From NCBI RefSeq assembly GCF_009914755.1, contig NC_060933.1: a stretch of DNA of 64,000 nucleotides. One strand, given 5' to 3'. Both the position numbers and the translations under genes were made by a program. This document shows positions 41,309-55,637 of the stretch, in pieces; position 1 is the first letter of the stretch, and each line of letters begins with the position of its first letter. Origin of the DNA: the human T2T-CHM13v2.0 reference genome, Homo sapiens. The notes beneath the pieces were generated by a model that did no database searches, was not told the origin of the DNA, and saw only the letters and a list, made by a program, of their open reading frames with translations.

Positions 41309-44300
41309 TACAACTCCCTTACTCTCCATTACATTCCATTCCATTCGGGTTATTCCATTCCATTCCATTCCATTCCACTCCATTCCATTGCACTCGGGTT
41401 GATTCCATTCCATTCCATTCCATTCCATTCCATTCCGGATGATTCCATTCCATTGCATTCCGTTCCATTACATTCCCCTGCACTCGCGTTGATTCCATTC
41501 CATTCCATTCCATTCCATTCAATTCCATTCCATTACAATTCGTTCCATTCCATTCTATTCCGTACCATTCCATTCCATTCCATACCATTCCATTCCATTC
41601 CATTCCATTCCATTCCATTCCGTTCCATTCCGTTCCATTCCATTCCATTCCATTCTATTCGGGTTAATTCCATTCCATTCCATTCCATTCCATTCTATTC
41701 CATTCCATTGCAATCGAGTTGAATCCACTGCATTTCATTCCATTCCATTCCATTCCATTCCATTCCGGAAGATTCCATTCCATTGCATTCCATTCCATTC
41801 CATCTCCCTGCACTCGCGTTGATTCCATTCCATTCCATTCCATTCCATTCTATTCCATTCCGTTCCGTTCCGTTCCGTTCCATTCCATTCCATTCCATTC
41901 CATTCCGTTCCGTTCCATTCCATTCCATTCCATTCTATTCGGGTTAATTCCATTCCATTCCATTCGATTGCAATCGTGTCGATTCCATTCCATTCCATTC
42001 CATTCCATTCCATTCCATTCCATTCCATTCCTTTCCATTCCATTACGGATGATTCCATTCCATTGCATTCCATTCCATTCCATTCCCCTGTACTCGGGTT
42101 GATTCCATTCCATTGCATTCCAATCCATGTCCTTCCACTCGTGTTGATTCCATTCTTTCCATTCCATTCAAGTTGAATCCATTCCATTGCATTCCATTCC
42201 ATTCGATTCCATTCGATTGCACACTGGTTGATTCCATTCCATTGCATTCCATTCCATTCCATTCCATTCCGTTCCTTTCCATTCCATTACATTCGGATTG
42301 ATTCTATTCAATTCCCTTACACTCCATTACATTCCATTCCATTCGGGTAGTTTCCATTCCATTCCATTCCATTCCTCTCCATTCCATTGCACTCGGGTTG
42401 ATTCCATTCCATTGCATTCCATTCCATTCCATTCCATTCAATTCCATTCCGTTCCATTCCATTCCATTAAATTCGGATTGATTCTATTCAACTCCCTTAG
42501 TCTCCATTACATTCCATTCCATTCGGGTTGTTCCATTCCATTCCATTCCATTCCACTCCATTCCATTGCACTCGGGTTTATTCCATTCCATTCCATTCCA
42601 TTCCATTCCATTCAATTCCATTCCATTCTGGAAGATTCCATTCCATTCCATTCCATTCCATTCCGTTCCGTTCCGTTCCGTTCCATTCCATTCTATTCCA
42701 TTCTATTCGGGTTAATTCCATTCCATTCCATTTGATTGCAATCGAGTTGATTCCATTCCATTCCATTCCATTCCATTCCATTCTATTCCTTTCCATTCCA
42801 TTATGGATGATTCCATTCCATTGCATTCCATTCCATTCCATTATGGATGATTCCATTCCATTGCATTCCATTCCATTCCATTCCATTCCCCTGTACTCGG
42901 GTTAATTCCATTCCATTCCATTCCAATCCATGCCATTGCACTCCTGTTGATTCCATTCTTTCGATTCCATTCAAGTTGAATCCATTCCATTGCATTCCAT
43001 TCCATTCCATTCCCCTGTAGTCGGGTTGATTCCATTCCATTCCATTCCATTCCATTCCATTCCATTCCGTTCCGTTCCATTCCATTCCATTCCTTTCTAT
43101 TGGGGTTAATTCCATTCCATTCCATTCCATTCCATTCCATTCCATTCCATTCCAATCAATTTGATTCCATTGCATTCCATTCCATTCCATTCCATTCCAT
43201 TCCACTCCTATCCAGTCCTTTCCATTCCATTCCATTCCATTCCAATCAATTTGATTCCATTGCATTCCATTCCATTCCATTCCATTCCATTCCACTCCTT
43301 TCCAGTCCTTTCCATTCCATTCCACTCGGGTTGATTCCAATGTATTCCTTTCCATTCCTTTCCATTCCATTGCAATCGAGTTGATTCCATTGCTTTGCAT
43401 TCCATTCCATTCCATTCCGGATGATTCCATTCCATTGCATTGCATTCCATTCCATTCCCCTGCACTCGGGTTGATTCCATTCCATTCCACTCCATTCCGT
43501 TCCATTCCATTCCATTCCATTGTATTCGGGTTAATTCCATTCCATTCCATTCCATTCCATTCCATTCCATTCCATTACAATCGAGTTGATTCCATTCCAT
43601 CCCATTCCATTCCAGTCCTTTCCATTCCATTCCACTCGGGTTGATTCCATTCTATTAGTTTCCATTCCATTCCATTCCCTTCCATTCCACTCTGGTTGCT
43701 TCCATTCCTTTCCATTCCACTCGAATACATTCCCTCCTATTCCACTCGGAACGATTCCATTCCATTCCATTCCATTCCATTCCATTCCATTCCATTCCAT
43801 TCCATTCCATTTCGTTCCATTCCATTCCATTCCGTATCATTCCATTCCATTCCATTCCATTAAATTCCATTCCATTCCATTCCATTGTACTCGGGTTGAT
43901 TCCATTCCATTGCATTCCATTCCATTCCATTCCATTCCATTCCGTTGCATTCCATTCCATTACATTCGGATTGATTCTATTCAACTCCCTTACTCTCCAT
44001 TACATTCCATTCCATTCGGGTTGTTCCATTCTATTCCATTCCATTCCACTCCATTCCATTGCACTCGGTTTGATTCCATTCCATTCCATTCCATTCCATT
44101 CCATTCCATTCCGGATGATTCCATTCCATTGCATTCCGTTCCATTACATTCCCCTGCACTCGCGTTGATTCCATTCCATTCCATTCCATTCCATTCAATT
44201 CCATTCCATTACAATTCGTTCCATTCCATTCTATTCCGTACCATTCCATTCCATTCCATACCATTCCATTCCATTCCCTTCCATTCCATTCCGTTCCATT

Positions 44301-46614
44301 CCGTTCCATTGCATTCCATTCCATTCTATTCGGGTTAATTCCATTCCATTCCATTCCATTCCTTTCTATTCCATTCCATTGCAATCGAGTTGAATCCATT
44401 GCATTTCATTCCATTCCGTTCCATTCCATTCCATTCCGGAAGATTCCATTCCATTGCATTCCATTCCATTCCATCTCCCTGCACTCGCGTTGATTTCATT
44501 CCATTCCATTCCATTCCATTCCATTCCCTTCCGTTCCGTTCCGTTCCATTCCTTTCCATTCCATTCCATTCGGTTCCGTTCCATTCCATTCCATTCCATT
44601 CTATTCGGGTTAATTCCATTCCATTCCATTCAATTGCAATCGTGTTGATTCCATTCCATTCCATTCCATTCCATTCCATTCCATTCCTTTCCATTCCATT
44701 ACGGATGATTCCATTCCATTGCATTCCATTCCATTCCATTCCCCTGAACTCGGGTTGATTCCATTCCATTGCATTCCAATCCATGCCCTTCCACTCGTGT
44801 GGATTCCATTCTTTCCATTCCATTCAAGTTGAATCCATTCCATTGCATTCCATTCCATTCGATTCCATTCGATTGCACACTGTTTGATTCCATTCCATTG
44901 CATTCCATTCCATTCCATTCCATTCCATTCCATTCCATTCCGTTCCTTTCCATTCCATTACATTCGGATTGATTCTATTCAATTCCCTTACACTCCATTG
45001 CATTCCATTCCGTTCGGGTAGTTTCCATTCCATTCCATTCCATTCCTCTCCATTGCATTGCACTCGGGTTGATTCCATTCCATTGCATTCCATTCCATTC
45101 CATTCCATTCAATTCCATTCTGTTCTATTCCATTCCATTACATTCGGATTGATTCTATTCAACTCCCTTAGTCTCCATTACATTCCATTCCATTCGGGTT
45201 GTTCCATTCCATTCCATTCCATTCCACTCCATTCCATTGCACTCGGGTTTATTCCATTCCATTCCATTCCATTCCATTCAATTCCATTCCATTCTGGAAG
45301 ATTCCATTCCATTGCATTCCATTCCATTCCATTCCCCTGCACTCGCGTTGATTCCATTCCATTCCATTCCATTCAATTCCATTCCATTCCATTCCTTTCC
45401 GTTCCATTCCATTCCATTCCATTCCATTCCATTCCATTCCGTTCCGTTCCGTTCCATTCCATTCTATTCCATTCTATTCGGGTTAATTCCATTCCATTCC
45501 ATTCGATTGCAATCGAGTTGATTCCATTCCATTCCATTCCATTACATTCCATTCTATTCCTTTCCTTTCCATTCCATTACGGATGATTCCATACGATTGC
45601 ATTCCATTCCATTCCATTCCCCTGTACTCGGGTTGATTCCATTCCATTGCATTCCAATCCATGCCATTCCACTCGTGTTGATTCCATTCTTTCCATTCCA
45701 TTCAAGTTGAATCCATTCCATTGCATTCCATTCCATTCCGTTCCCCTGCAGTCAGGTTGATTCCATTCCATTCCATTCCATTCCATTCCGTTCCGTTCCA
45801 TTCCATTCCATTCCTTTCTATTCGGGTTAATTCCATTCCATTCCATTCCATTCCATTCCATTCCATTCCAATCAATTTGATTCCATTCCATTCCATTCCA
45901 TTCCATTCCATTCCATTCCATTCCACTCCATTCCAGTCCTTTCCATTCCATTCCACTCGGGTTGATTCCAATGTATTCCTTTCCATTCCTTTCCATTCCA
46001 TTGCAATCGAGTTGGTTCCATTGCTTTGCATTCCATTCCATTCCATTCCGGATGATTCCATTCCATTGCATTGCATTCCATTCCATTCCCCTGCACTCGG
46101 GGTGATTCCATTCCATTCCACTCCATTCCGTTCCATTCCATTCCATTCCATTGTATTCGGGTTAATTCCATTCCATTCCATTCCATTCCATTCCATTCCA
46201 TTCCATTACAATCGAGTTGATTCCATTCCATTCCATTCCATTGCAGTCTTTCCATTCCATTCCACTCGGGTTGATTCCATTCTATTAGTTTCCATTCCAT
46301 TCCATTCCCTTCCATTCCACTCTGGTTGCTTCCATTCCTTGCCATTCCACTCGAATACATTCCCTCCTATTCCACTCGGAACGATTCCATTCCATTCCAT
46401 TCCATTCCATACCATTCCATTCCATTCCACTCCATTTCGTTCCATTCCATTCCATTCCGTATCATTCCATTCCATTCCATTCCATTCCATTCCATTCCAT
46501 TCCATTCCATTCCATTCCATTGTACTCGGGTTGATTCCATTCCATTGCATTCCATTCCATTCCATTCCATTCCATTCCGTTGCATTCCATTCCATAACAT
46601 TCGGATTGATTCTA
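41309..46614. repeat. Tandem duplication of a ~2.65-kb unit (41309-43979, 43980-46614)
   Basis: Shared private variants: CATCTCCCTG (~41781/44472), GCACACTG (~42219/44875), CCCTTAGTCTCC (~42494/45165), ATTCTGGAAG (42625/45291), CAATCAATTTG (~43153/45869), TGGTTGCTTCC (~43693/46323). Confidence 0.9.
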
Positions 46615-49600
46615 TTCAACTCCCTTACTCTCCATTACATTCCATTCCATTCGGGTTGTTTCATTCTATTCCATTCCATTCCACTCCATTCCATTGCACT
46701 CGGGTTGATTCCATTCCATTCCATTTCATTCCATTCCATTCCGGATGATTCCATTCCATTGCATTCCGTTCCATTACATTCCCCTGCACTCGCGTTGATT
46801 CCATTCCATTCCATTCCATTCCATTCAATTCCATTCCATTACAATTCGCTCCATTCCATTCTATTCCGTACCATTCCATTCCATTCCATACCATTCCATT
46901 CCATTCCATTCCATTCCATTCCGTTCCATTCCGTTCCATTCCATTCCATTCCATTCTATTCGGATTAATTCCATTCCATTCCATTCCATTCCATTCTATT
47001 CCATTCCATTGCAATCGAGTTGAATCCATTGCATTTCATTCCATTCCATTCCATTCCATTCCGGAAGATTCCATTCCATTGCATTCCATTCCATTCCATT
47101 CCCCTGCACTCGCGTTGATTCCATTGCATTCCATTCCATTCCATTCCATTCCGTTCCGTTCCATTCCATTCCATTCCATTCCATTCCATTCCATTCCGTT
47201 CCGTTCCATTCCATTCCATTCCATTCTATTCGGGTTAATTCCATTCCATTCCATTCGATTGCAATCGAGTTGATTCCATTCCATTCCATTCCATTCCATT
47301 CCATTCCGTTCCATTTCGTTCCTTTTCATTCCATTACGGATGATTCCATTCCATTGCATTCCATTCCATTCCATTCCCCTGTACTCGGGTTGATTCAATT
47401 CCATTCCATTCCAATCCATGCCATTCCACTCGTGTTGATTCCATTCTTTCCATTCCATTCAAGTTGAATCCATTCCATTGCATTCCATTCCATTCGATTC
47501 CATTCGATTGCACTCGGGTTGATTCCATTCCATTGCATTCCATTCCATTACATTCCATTCCATTCCATTCCATTCCGTTCCATTCCATTTCATTACATTC
47601 AGATTGATTCTATTCAATTCCCTTACACTCCATTATATTCCAATCCATTCTGGTTGTTTCCATTCCATTCCATTCCATTTCACTCCATTCCATTGTACTC
47701 GGGTTGATTCCATTCCATTCCATTCCATTGCATTCCATTCCATTCCATTCCGGATGATTCCATTCCATTGCATTCCTTTCCATTCCATTCCCCTGCACTC
47801 GGGTTGATTCCATTCCATTGCATTCCATTCCATTCCATTCCATTCCATTCCATTCCATTCCATTCCGTTCCATTCCATTCCATTACATTCGGATTGATTC
47901 TATTCAATTCCCTTACACTCCATTACATTCCATTCCATTCGGGTAGTTTCCTTTCCATTCCATTCCATTCCTCTCCATTCCATTGCACTCGGGTTGATTC
48001 CATTCCATTCCATTCCTTTACATTACATTGCATTACATTACATTCCGTTCCATTGTACTCGGGTTGATTCCATTCCATTGCATTCCATTCCATTCGATTC
48101 CATTTCATTCCATTCCATTCCGTTCCATTCCATTACATTCGGATTGATTCTATTCAACTCCCTAACTCTCCATTCCATTCCATTCCATTCAATTCAATTC
48201 CATTCCGTTCTATTCCATTCCATTACATTCGGATTGATTCTATTCAACTCCCTTACTCTCCATTACATTCGATTCCATTCGGGTTGTTCCATTCCATTCC
48301 ATTCCATTCCACTCCATTCCATTGCACTCGGGTTGATTCCATTCCATTCCATTCCATTCCGGAAGATTCCATTCCATTACATTCCATTACATTCCATTCC
48401 CCTGCACTCGTGTTGATTCCATTCCATTCCATTCCATTCCATTCCATTCAATTCCATTCCTTTCCGTTCCATTCCATTCCATTCCATTCCGTTCCGTTCC
48501 GTTCCGTTCCGTTCCATTCCATTCCATTCCATTCTATTCGGGTTAATTCCATTCCATTCCATTCGATTGCAATCGAGTTGATTCCATTCCATTCCATTCC
48601 ATTCCATTCCATTCCATTCCTTTCCATTCCATTACGGATGATTCGATTCCATTGCATTCCATTCCATTCCATTCCCCTGTACTCGGGTTGATTCCATTCC
48701 ATTCCATTCCTATCCATGCCATTCCACTCGTGTTGATTCCATTCTTTCCATTCCATTCAAGTTGAATCCATTCCATTGCATTCCATTCCATTCGATTCCA
48801 TTCGATTGCACTCGGGTTGATTTCATTCCATTGCACTCCATTCCATTCCATTTCATTCCATTCCATTCCTTTCCATTCCATTCCATTCCATTCCATTCCA
48901 TTCCATTCCATTCCATTGCAATCGAGTTGATTACATTCCATTCCTTTCCATTCCATTCCATTGCCTTGCATTCCACTCGGGTTGATTCCATTCCCTTCTT
49001 TCCACTCCATTACATTCCCTTCCATTCCACTCGGAATGATTGATTCCATTCCATTCCACTCCATTTCATTCCATTGCAATCCATTCCAATCCATTCCATT
49101 CCATTCCATTCCACTCGAGTTGATTTCATTCCATTCCTTTCCATTCCATTCCATTCCTTTCCACTCCAGTTGATTCCATTCCATTCCATTCCATTGCATT
49201 CCATTCCATGCCATTCCACTCGGGTTGATTCCATTCCATTCCATTCCATTCCGTTCCATTCCATTCCATTCCACTGCATTCCATTACATTCCTTTCCCCT
49301 GCACTCGGGTTGATTCCATTGCATTCCATTCCATTTAATTCCATTCCATTCCATTCCATTCCATTCCATTCCATTCCATTCCAATGCGTTCCATTCCATT
49401 CCATTCTATTCCATTGCAATCGACTTGATTCCATTCCATTCCATTCCATTCCATTCCATTCCATTCCATTCCATTCCATTTTGTTCCAATCCATTCTATT
49501 CCGAACCATTCCATTCCATTCCATTCCATTCCATTCCATTCCATTCCATGCCATTCCACTCGGGTTGATTCCATTCCTTTCCATTCCATTCGGGTAGAAT

Positions 49601-50626
49601 CCAATCCACTCCATTCCATTCCATTCGAATCCATTCCGTTGCACTCGGGTTGATTCCATTCCATTCGATACCATTCCATTCCATTCCATTCCGTTCGATT
49701 CCATTTCATTACATTCAGATTGATTCTATTCAATTCCCTTACACTCCATTATATTCCAATCAATTCTGCTTGTTTCCATTCCATTCCATTCCATTTCACT
49801 CCATTCCATTGCACTCGGTTTGATTCCATTCCATTCCATTCTCTTCCATTCCGGATGATTCCATTCCATTGCATTCCATTCCATTCCATTCCCCTGCACT
49901 CAGGTTGATTCCACTCCATTCCATTCCACTCCATTCGGTTCCGTTCCATTCCATTCTATTGCATTCCATTCTATTAGGGTTAATTCCATTCCATTCTATT
50001 CCATTCCATTCCATTCCATTCCATTGCAATGGAGTTGATTCCATTCCATTCCATTCCATTCCGGATGATTCCATTCCATTGCATTCCATTCCATTCCATT
50101 CCCCTGCACTCGTGTTGATTCCATTACCTTCCATTCCATTCCATTCCGTTCCATTCCATTGCATTCCTTTCTATTCCGGTTAATTCCATTCCATTCCATT
50201 CCATTCCATTCCATTCCATTGCAATCGAGTTGATTCCATTCCATTCCTTTCCATTCCATTCCATTGCCTTGCATTCCAATCGGGTTGATTCCATTCCCTT
50301 CTTTCCACTCCATTACATTCCCTTACATTCCACTCGGAATGATTGATTCCATTCCATTCCATTCCATTTCATTCCGTTGCAATCCATTCCAATCTATTCC
50401 ATTCCATTCCATTCCACTCGAGTTGATTTCATTCCATTCCTTTCCATTCCATTCCATTCCTTTCCACTCGAGTTGATTCCATTCCATTCCATTCCATTGC
50501 ATTCCATTCCATGCCATTCCACTCGGTTTGATTCCATTCCTTTGCATTCCATTCCATTCCATTCCATTCCATTCCATTCCATTCCATTCCGTTGCATTCC
50601 ATTCCATTACATTCGGATTGATTCTA

Positions 50627-53600
50627 TTCAACTCCCTTACTCTCCATTACATTCCATTCCATTCGGGTTGTTCCATTCCATTCCATTCCATTCCACTCCA
50701 TTCCATTGAACTCGGGTTGATTCCATTCCATTCCATTCCATTCCGGATGATTCCATTCCATTGCATTCCTTTCCATTACATTCCCCTGCACTCGCGTTGA
50801 TTCCATTCCATTCCATTCCATTCCATTCAATTCCATTCCATTACAATTCGTTCCATTCCATTCTATTCCGTACCATTCCATTCCATTCCATACCATTCCA
50901 TTCCATTCCATTCCATTCCATTCCATTCCATTCCATTCCGTTCCATTCCGTTCCATTCCATTCCATTCCATTCTATTCGGGTTAATTCCATTCCATTCCA
51001 TTCCATTCCATTCCATTCTATTCCATTCCATTGCAATCGAGTTGAATCAATTGCATTTCATTCCATTCCATTGCATTCCATTCCATTGCGGAAGTTTCCA
51101 TTCCATTGCATTCCATTCCATTCCATTCCCCTGCACTCGCGTTGATTCCATTCCATTCCATTCTATTCCATTCCATCCATTCCGTTCCGTTCTGTTCCAT
51201 TCCATTCCATTCCATTCCATTCCGTTCCGTTCCATTCCATTCCATTCCATTCTATTCGGGTTAATTCCATTCCATTCCATTCGATTGCAATCGAGTTGAT
51301 TCCATTCCATTCCATTCCATTCCATTCCATTCCTTTCCATTCCATTACGGATGATTCCATTCCATTGCATTCCATTCCATTCCATTCCCCTGCACTCGGG
51401 TTGATTCCATTCCATTCCATTCCAATCCATGCCATTCCACTCGTGTTGATTCCTTTCTTTCCATTCCATTCAAGTTGAATCCATTCCATTGCATGCCATT
51501 CCATTCGATTCCATTCGATTGCACTCGGGTTGATTCCATTCCATTGCATTGCATTCCATTCCATTCCATTCCATTCCATTCCGTTCCATTCCATTCCATT
51601 ACATTCGGATTGATTCTATTCAATTCCCTTACACTCCATTACATTCCATTCCATTCGGGTAGTTTCCATTCCATTCCATTCCATTCCTCTCCATTCCATT
51701 GCACTCGGGTTGATTCCATTCCATTGCATTCCATTCCATTCCATTCAATTCCATTCCGTTCCATTCCATTCCATTACATTCGGATTGATTCTATTCATCT
51801 CCCTTACTCTCCATTACATTCCATTCCATTCGGGTTGTTCCATTCCATTCCATTCAATTCCACTCCATTCCATTGCACTCGGGTTTATTCCATTCCATTC
51901 CATTCCATTCCATTCCATTCCGGAAGATTCCATTCCATTGCATTCCATTCCATTCCATTCCCCTGCACTCGCGTTGATTCCATTCCATTCCATTCCATTC
52001 CATTCCATTCCATTCCATTCCATTCCATTCCTTTCCGTTCCATTCCATTCCATTCCATTCCATTCCAATCCATTCCATTCCGTTCCGTTCCGTTCCATTC
52101 CATTCCATTCCATTCTATTCGGGTTAATTCCATTCCATTCCATTCGATTGCAATCGAGTTTATTCCATTCCATTCCATTCCATTCCATTCCATTCCTTTA
52201 CATTCCATTACGGATGATTAAATTCCATTGCATTCCATTCCATTCCATTCCCCTGTACTCGGGTTGATTCCATTCCATTCCATTCCAATCCATGCCATTC
52301 CACTCGTGTTGATTCCATTCTTTCCATTCCATTCAAGTTGAATCCATTCCATTGCATTCCATTCCATTCCATTCCCCTGCAGTCGGGTTGATTCCATTCC
52401 ATTCCATTCCATTCCATTCCATTCCGTTCCGTTCCGTTCCATTCCATTCCATTCCATTCTATTCGGATTAATTCCATTCCATTCCATTCCATTCCATTCC
52501 ATTCCATTCCATTCCATTCCAATCGAGTTGATTCCATTCCATTCCATTCCATTCCATTCCACTCCATTCCAGTCCTTTCCATTCCATTCCACTCGGGTTG
52601 ATTCCAATGTATTCCTTTAAATTCCATTCCATTCCATTGCAATCGAGTTGATTCCATTGCTTTGCATTCCATTCCATTCCATTCCATTCCGAATGATTCC
52701 ATTCCATTGCATTCCATTCCATTCCATTCCCCTGCACTCGGGTTGATTCCATTCCATTCCACTCCATTCCGTTCCATTCCATTCCATTCCATTGTATTCG
52801 GGTTAATTCCATTCCATTCCATTCCATTCCATTCCATTCCATTCCGTTGCATTCCATTCCATTACATTCGGATTGATTCTATTCAACTCCCTTACTCTCC
52901 ATTACATTCCACTCCATTCGGGTTGTTCCATTCCATTCCATTCCATTCAGCTCCATTCCATTGCACTCGGGTTGATTCCATTGCATTCCTTTCCATTCCA
53001 TTCCATTCCGGATGATTCCATTCCATTGCATTCCGTTCCATTACATTCCCATGCACTCGCGTTGATTGCATTCCATTCCATTCCATTCCATTCAATTCCA
53101 TTCCATTACAATTCGTTTCATTCCATTCTATTCCGTACCATTCCATTCCATTCCATACCATTCCATTCCATTCCATTCCATTCCATTCCATTCCGTTCCA
53201 TTCCGTTCCTTTCCATTCCATTCCCTTCTATTCGGATTAATTCCATTCCATTCCATTCCATTCCATTCTATTCCATTCCATTGCAATCGAGTTGAATCCA
53301 TTGCATTTCATTCCATTCCATTCCTTTCCATTCCGGAAGATTCCATTCCATTGCATTCCATTCCATTCCATTCCCCTGCACTCGCGTTGATTCCATTCCA
53401 TTCCATTCCATTCCATTCCATTCCATTCCGTTCCGTTCCATTCCATTCCATTCCATTCCATTCCATTCCGTTCCATTCCATTCCATTCCATTCCATTCCA
53501 TTCCATTCCATTCCGTTCCGTTCCATTCCATTCCATTCCATTCTATTCGGGTTAATTCCATTCCATTCCATTCGATTGCAATCGAGTTGATTCCATTCCA

Positions 53601-55637
53601 TTCCATTCCATTCCATTCCATTCCATTCCATTCCATTCGATTCCTTTCCATTCCATTACGGATGATTCCATTCCATTGCATTCCATTCCATTCCGTTCCC
53701 CTGTACTCGGGTTGATTCCATTCCATTCCATTCCAATCCATGCCATTCCACTCGTGTTGATTCCATTCTTTCCATTCCATTCAAGTTGAATCCATTCCAT
53801 TGCATTCCATTCCATTCGATTCCATTCGATTGCACTCGGGTTGATTCCATTCCATTGCATTCCATTCCATTCCATTCCATTCCATTCCATTCCATTCCAT
53901 TCCATTCCATTCCGTTCCATTCCATTCCATTACATTCGGATTGATTCTATTCAATTCCCTTACACTCCATTACATTCCATTCCATTCGGGTAGTTTCCAT
54001 CCCGTTCCATTCCATTCCTCTCCATTCCATTGAACTCGGGTTGATTCCATTCCATTGAATTCCATTCCATTCCATTCAATTCCATTCCGTTCCATTCCAT
54101 TCCATTACATTCGGATTGATTCTATTCAACTCCCTTACTCTCCATTACATTCCATTCCATTCGGGTTGTTCCATTCCATTCCATTCCATTCCACTCCATT
54201 CCATTGCACTCGGGTTTATTCCATTCCATTCCATTCCATTCCATTCTATTCGGGTTAATTCCATTCAATTCCATTCCATTCCATTCCATTCCATTCCATT
54301 CCATTCCCTTCCATTCCTTTCTATTCCATTCCATTCCATTCTATTCGGGTTAATTCCACTCCATTCCATTCAATTCCATTCCATTCCATTCCGGATGATT
54401 CCATTATACTTCATTGCATTCCATTCCATTCCCCTGCACTCGGGTTGATTCCATTCCATTCCATTACATTGCATTCTGTTCCATTCCATTCCATTCCATT
54501 CGGATTGATTCTATTCAATTCTCTTACACTCCGTTACATTCCATTCCATTCGGGTAGTTTCCATTCCATTCCATTCCATTCCATTCCTCTCCATTCCATT
54601 GCATTCTGGTTGATTCCATTCCATTGTATTCCCTTCCATTCCATTCCTTTCCATTCCATTCTACTCGGGTTGATTCCATTCCATTGCATTCCAATCCATG
54701 CCATTCCACTCGTGTTGATTCCATTCTTTCCATTCCATTCAAGTTGAATCCATTCCATTGCATTCCATTCCATTCCATTCCCCTGCAGTCGGGTTGATTC
54801 CATTCCATTCCATTCCATTCCATTCCATTCCATTCCATTCCGTTCCGTTCCGTTCCATTCCATTCCATTCCATTCTATTCGGGTTAATTCTTTTCCATTC
54901 CATTCCATTCCATTCCATTCCAATCGAGTTGATTCCATTCCATTCCATTCCATTCCATTCCACTCCATTCCAGTCCTTTCCATTCCATTCCAGTCGGGTT
55001 GATTCCAATGTATTCCTTTCCATTCCATTCCATTCCATTGCAATCGAGTTGATTCCATTGCTTTGCATTCCATTAAATTCCATTCCATTCCGGACGATTC
55101 CATTCCATTGCATTCCATTCCATTCCATTCCCCTGCACTCGTGTTGATTCCATTCCATTCCACTCCATTCCATTCCATTCCATTCCATTCCATTCCATTC
55201 CATTACAATCGAGTTGATTCCATTCCATTCCATTCCATTCCAGTGCTTTCCATTCCATTCCACTCAGGTTGATTCCATTCTATTAGTTTCCATTCCATTC
55301 CATTCCCTTCCATTCCACTCTGGTTGATTCCATTCCTTTCCATTCCACTCGAATACATTCCCTCCTATTCCACTCGGATCGATTCCATTCCATTCCATTC
55401 CATTCCATTCCATTCCATTCCATTCCATTTCGTTCCATTCCATTCTATTCCGTATCATTCCATTTCATTCCATTCCATTCCATTCCATTCCATTCCATTC
55501 CATTCCATTCCATTCCATTCCATTCCATTCCATTCCATTCCGTTGTACTCGGGTTGATTCCATTCCATTGCATTCCATTCCATTCCATTCCATTCCATTC
55601 CGTTGCATTCCATTCCATTACATTCGGATTGATTCTA
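50627..55637. repeat. Two further rearranged copies of the ~2.7-kb unit (50627-52881 truncated; 52882-55637)
   Basis: Anchors at 50627, 52882 and 55638 with the same landmark order. The first copy lacks the TTAGTTT/GAATAC island; the second has an altered middle. Confidence 0.75.

Noticed and set aside
45721-46968. Longest ORF (415 aa, +) and all other ORFs as protein-coding genes
   Set aside because: (CATTC)n and (GAATG)n have no stop codon in any frame, so long overlapping ORFs are expected in all six frames. The products are IPFHS/WNGME repeats with no domain or gene structure.
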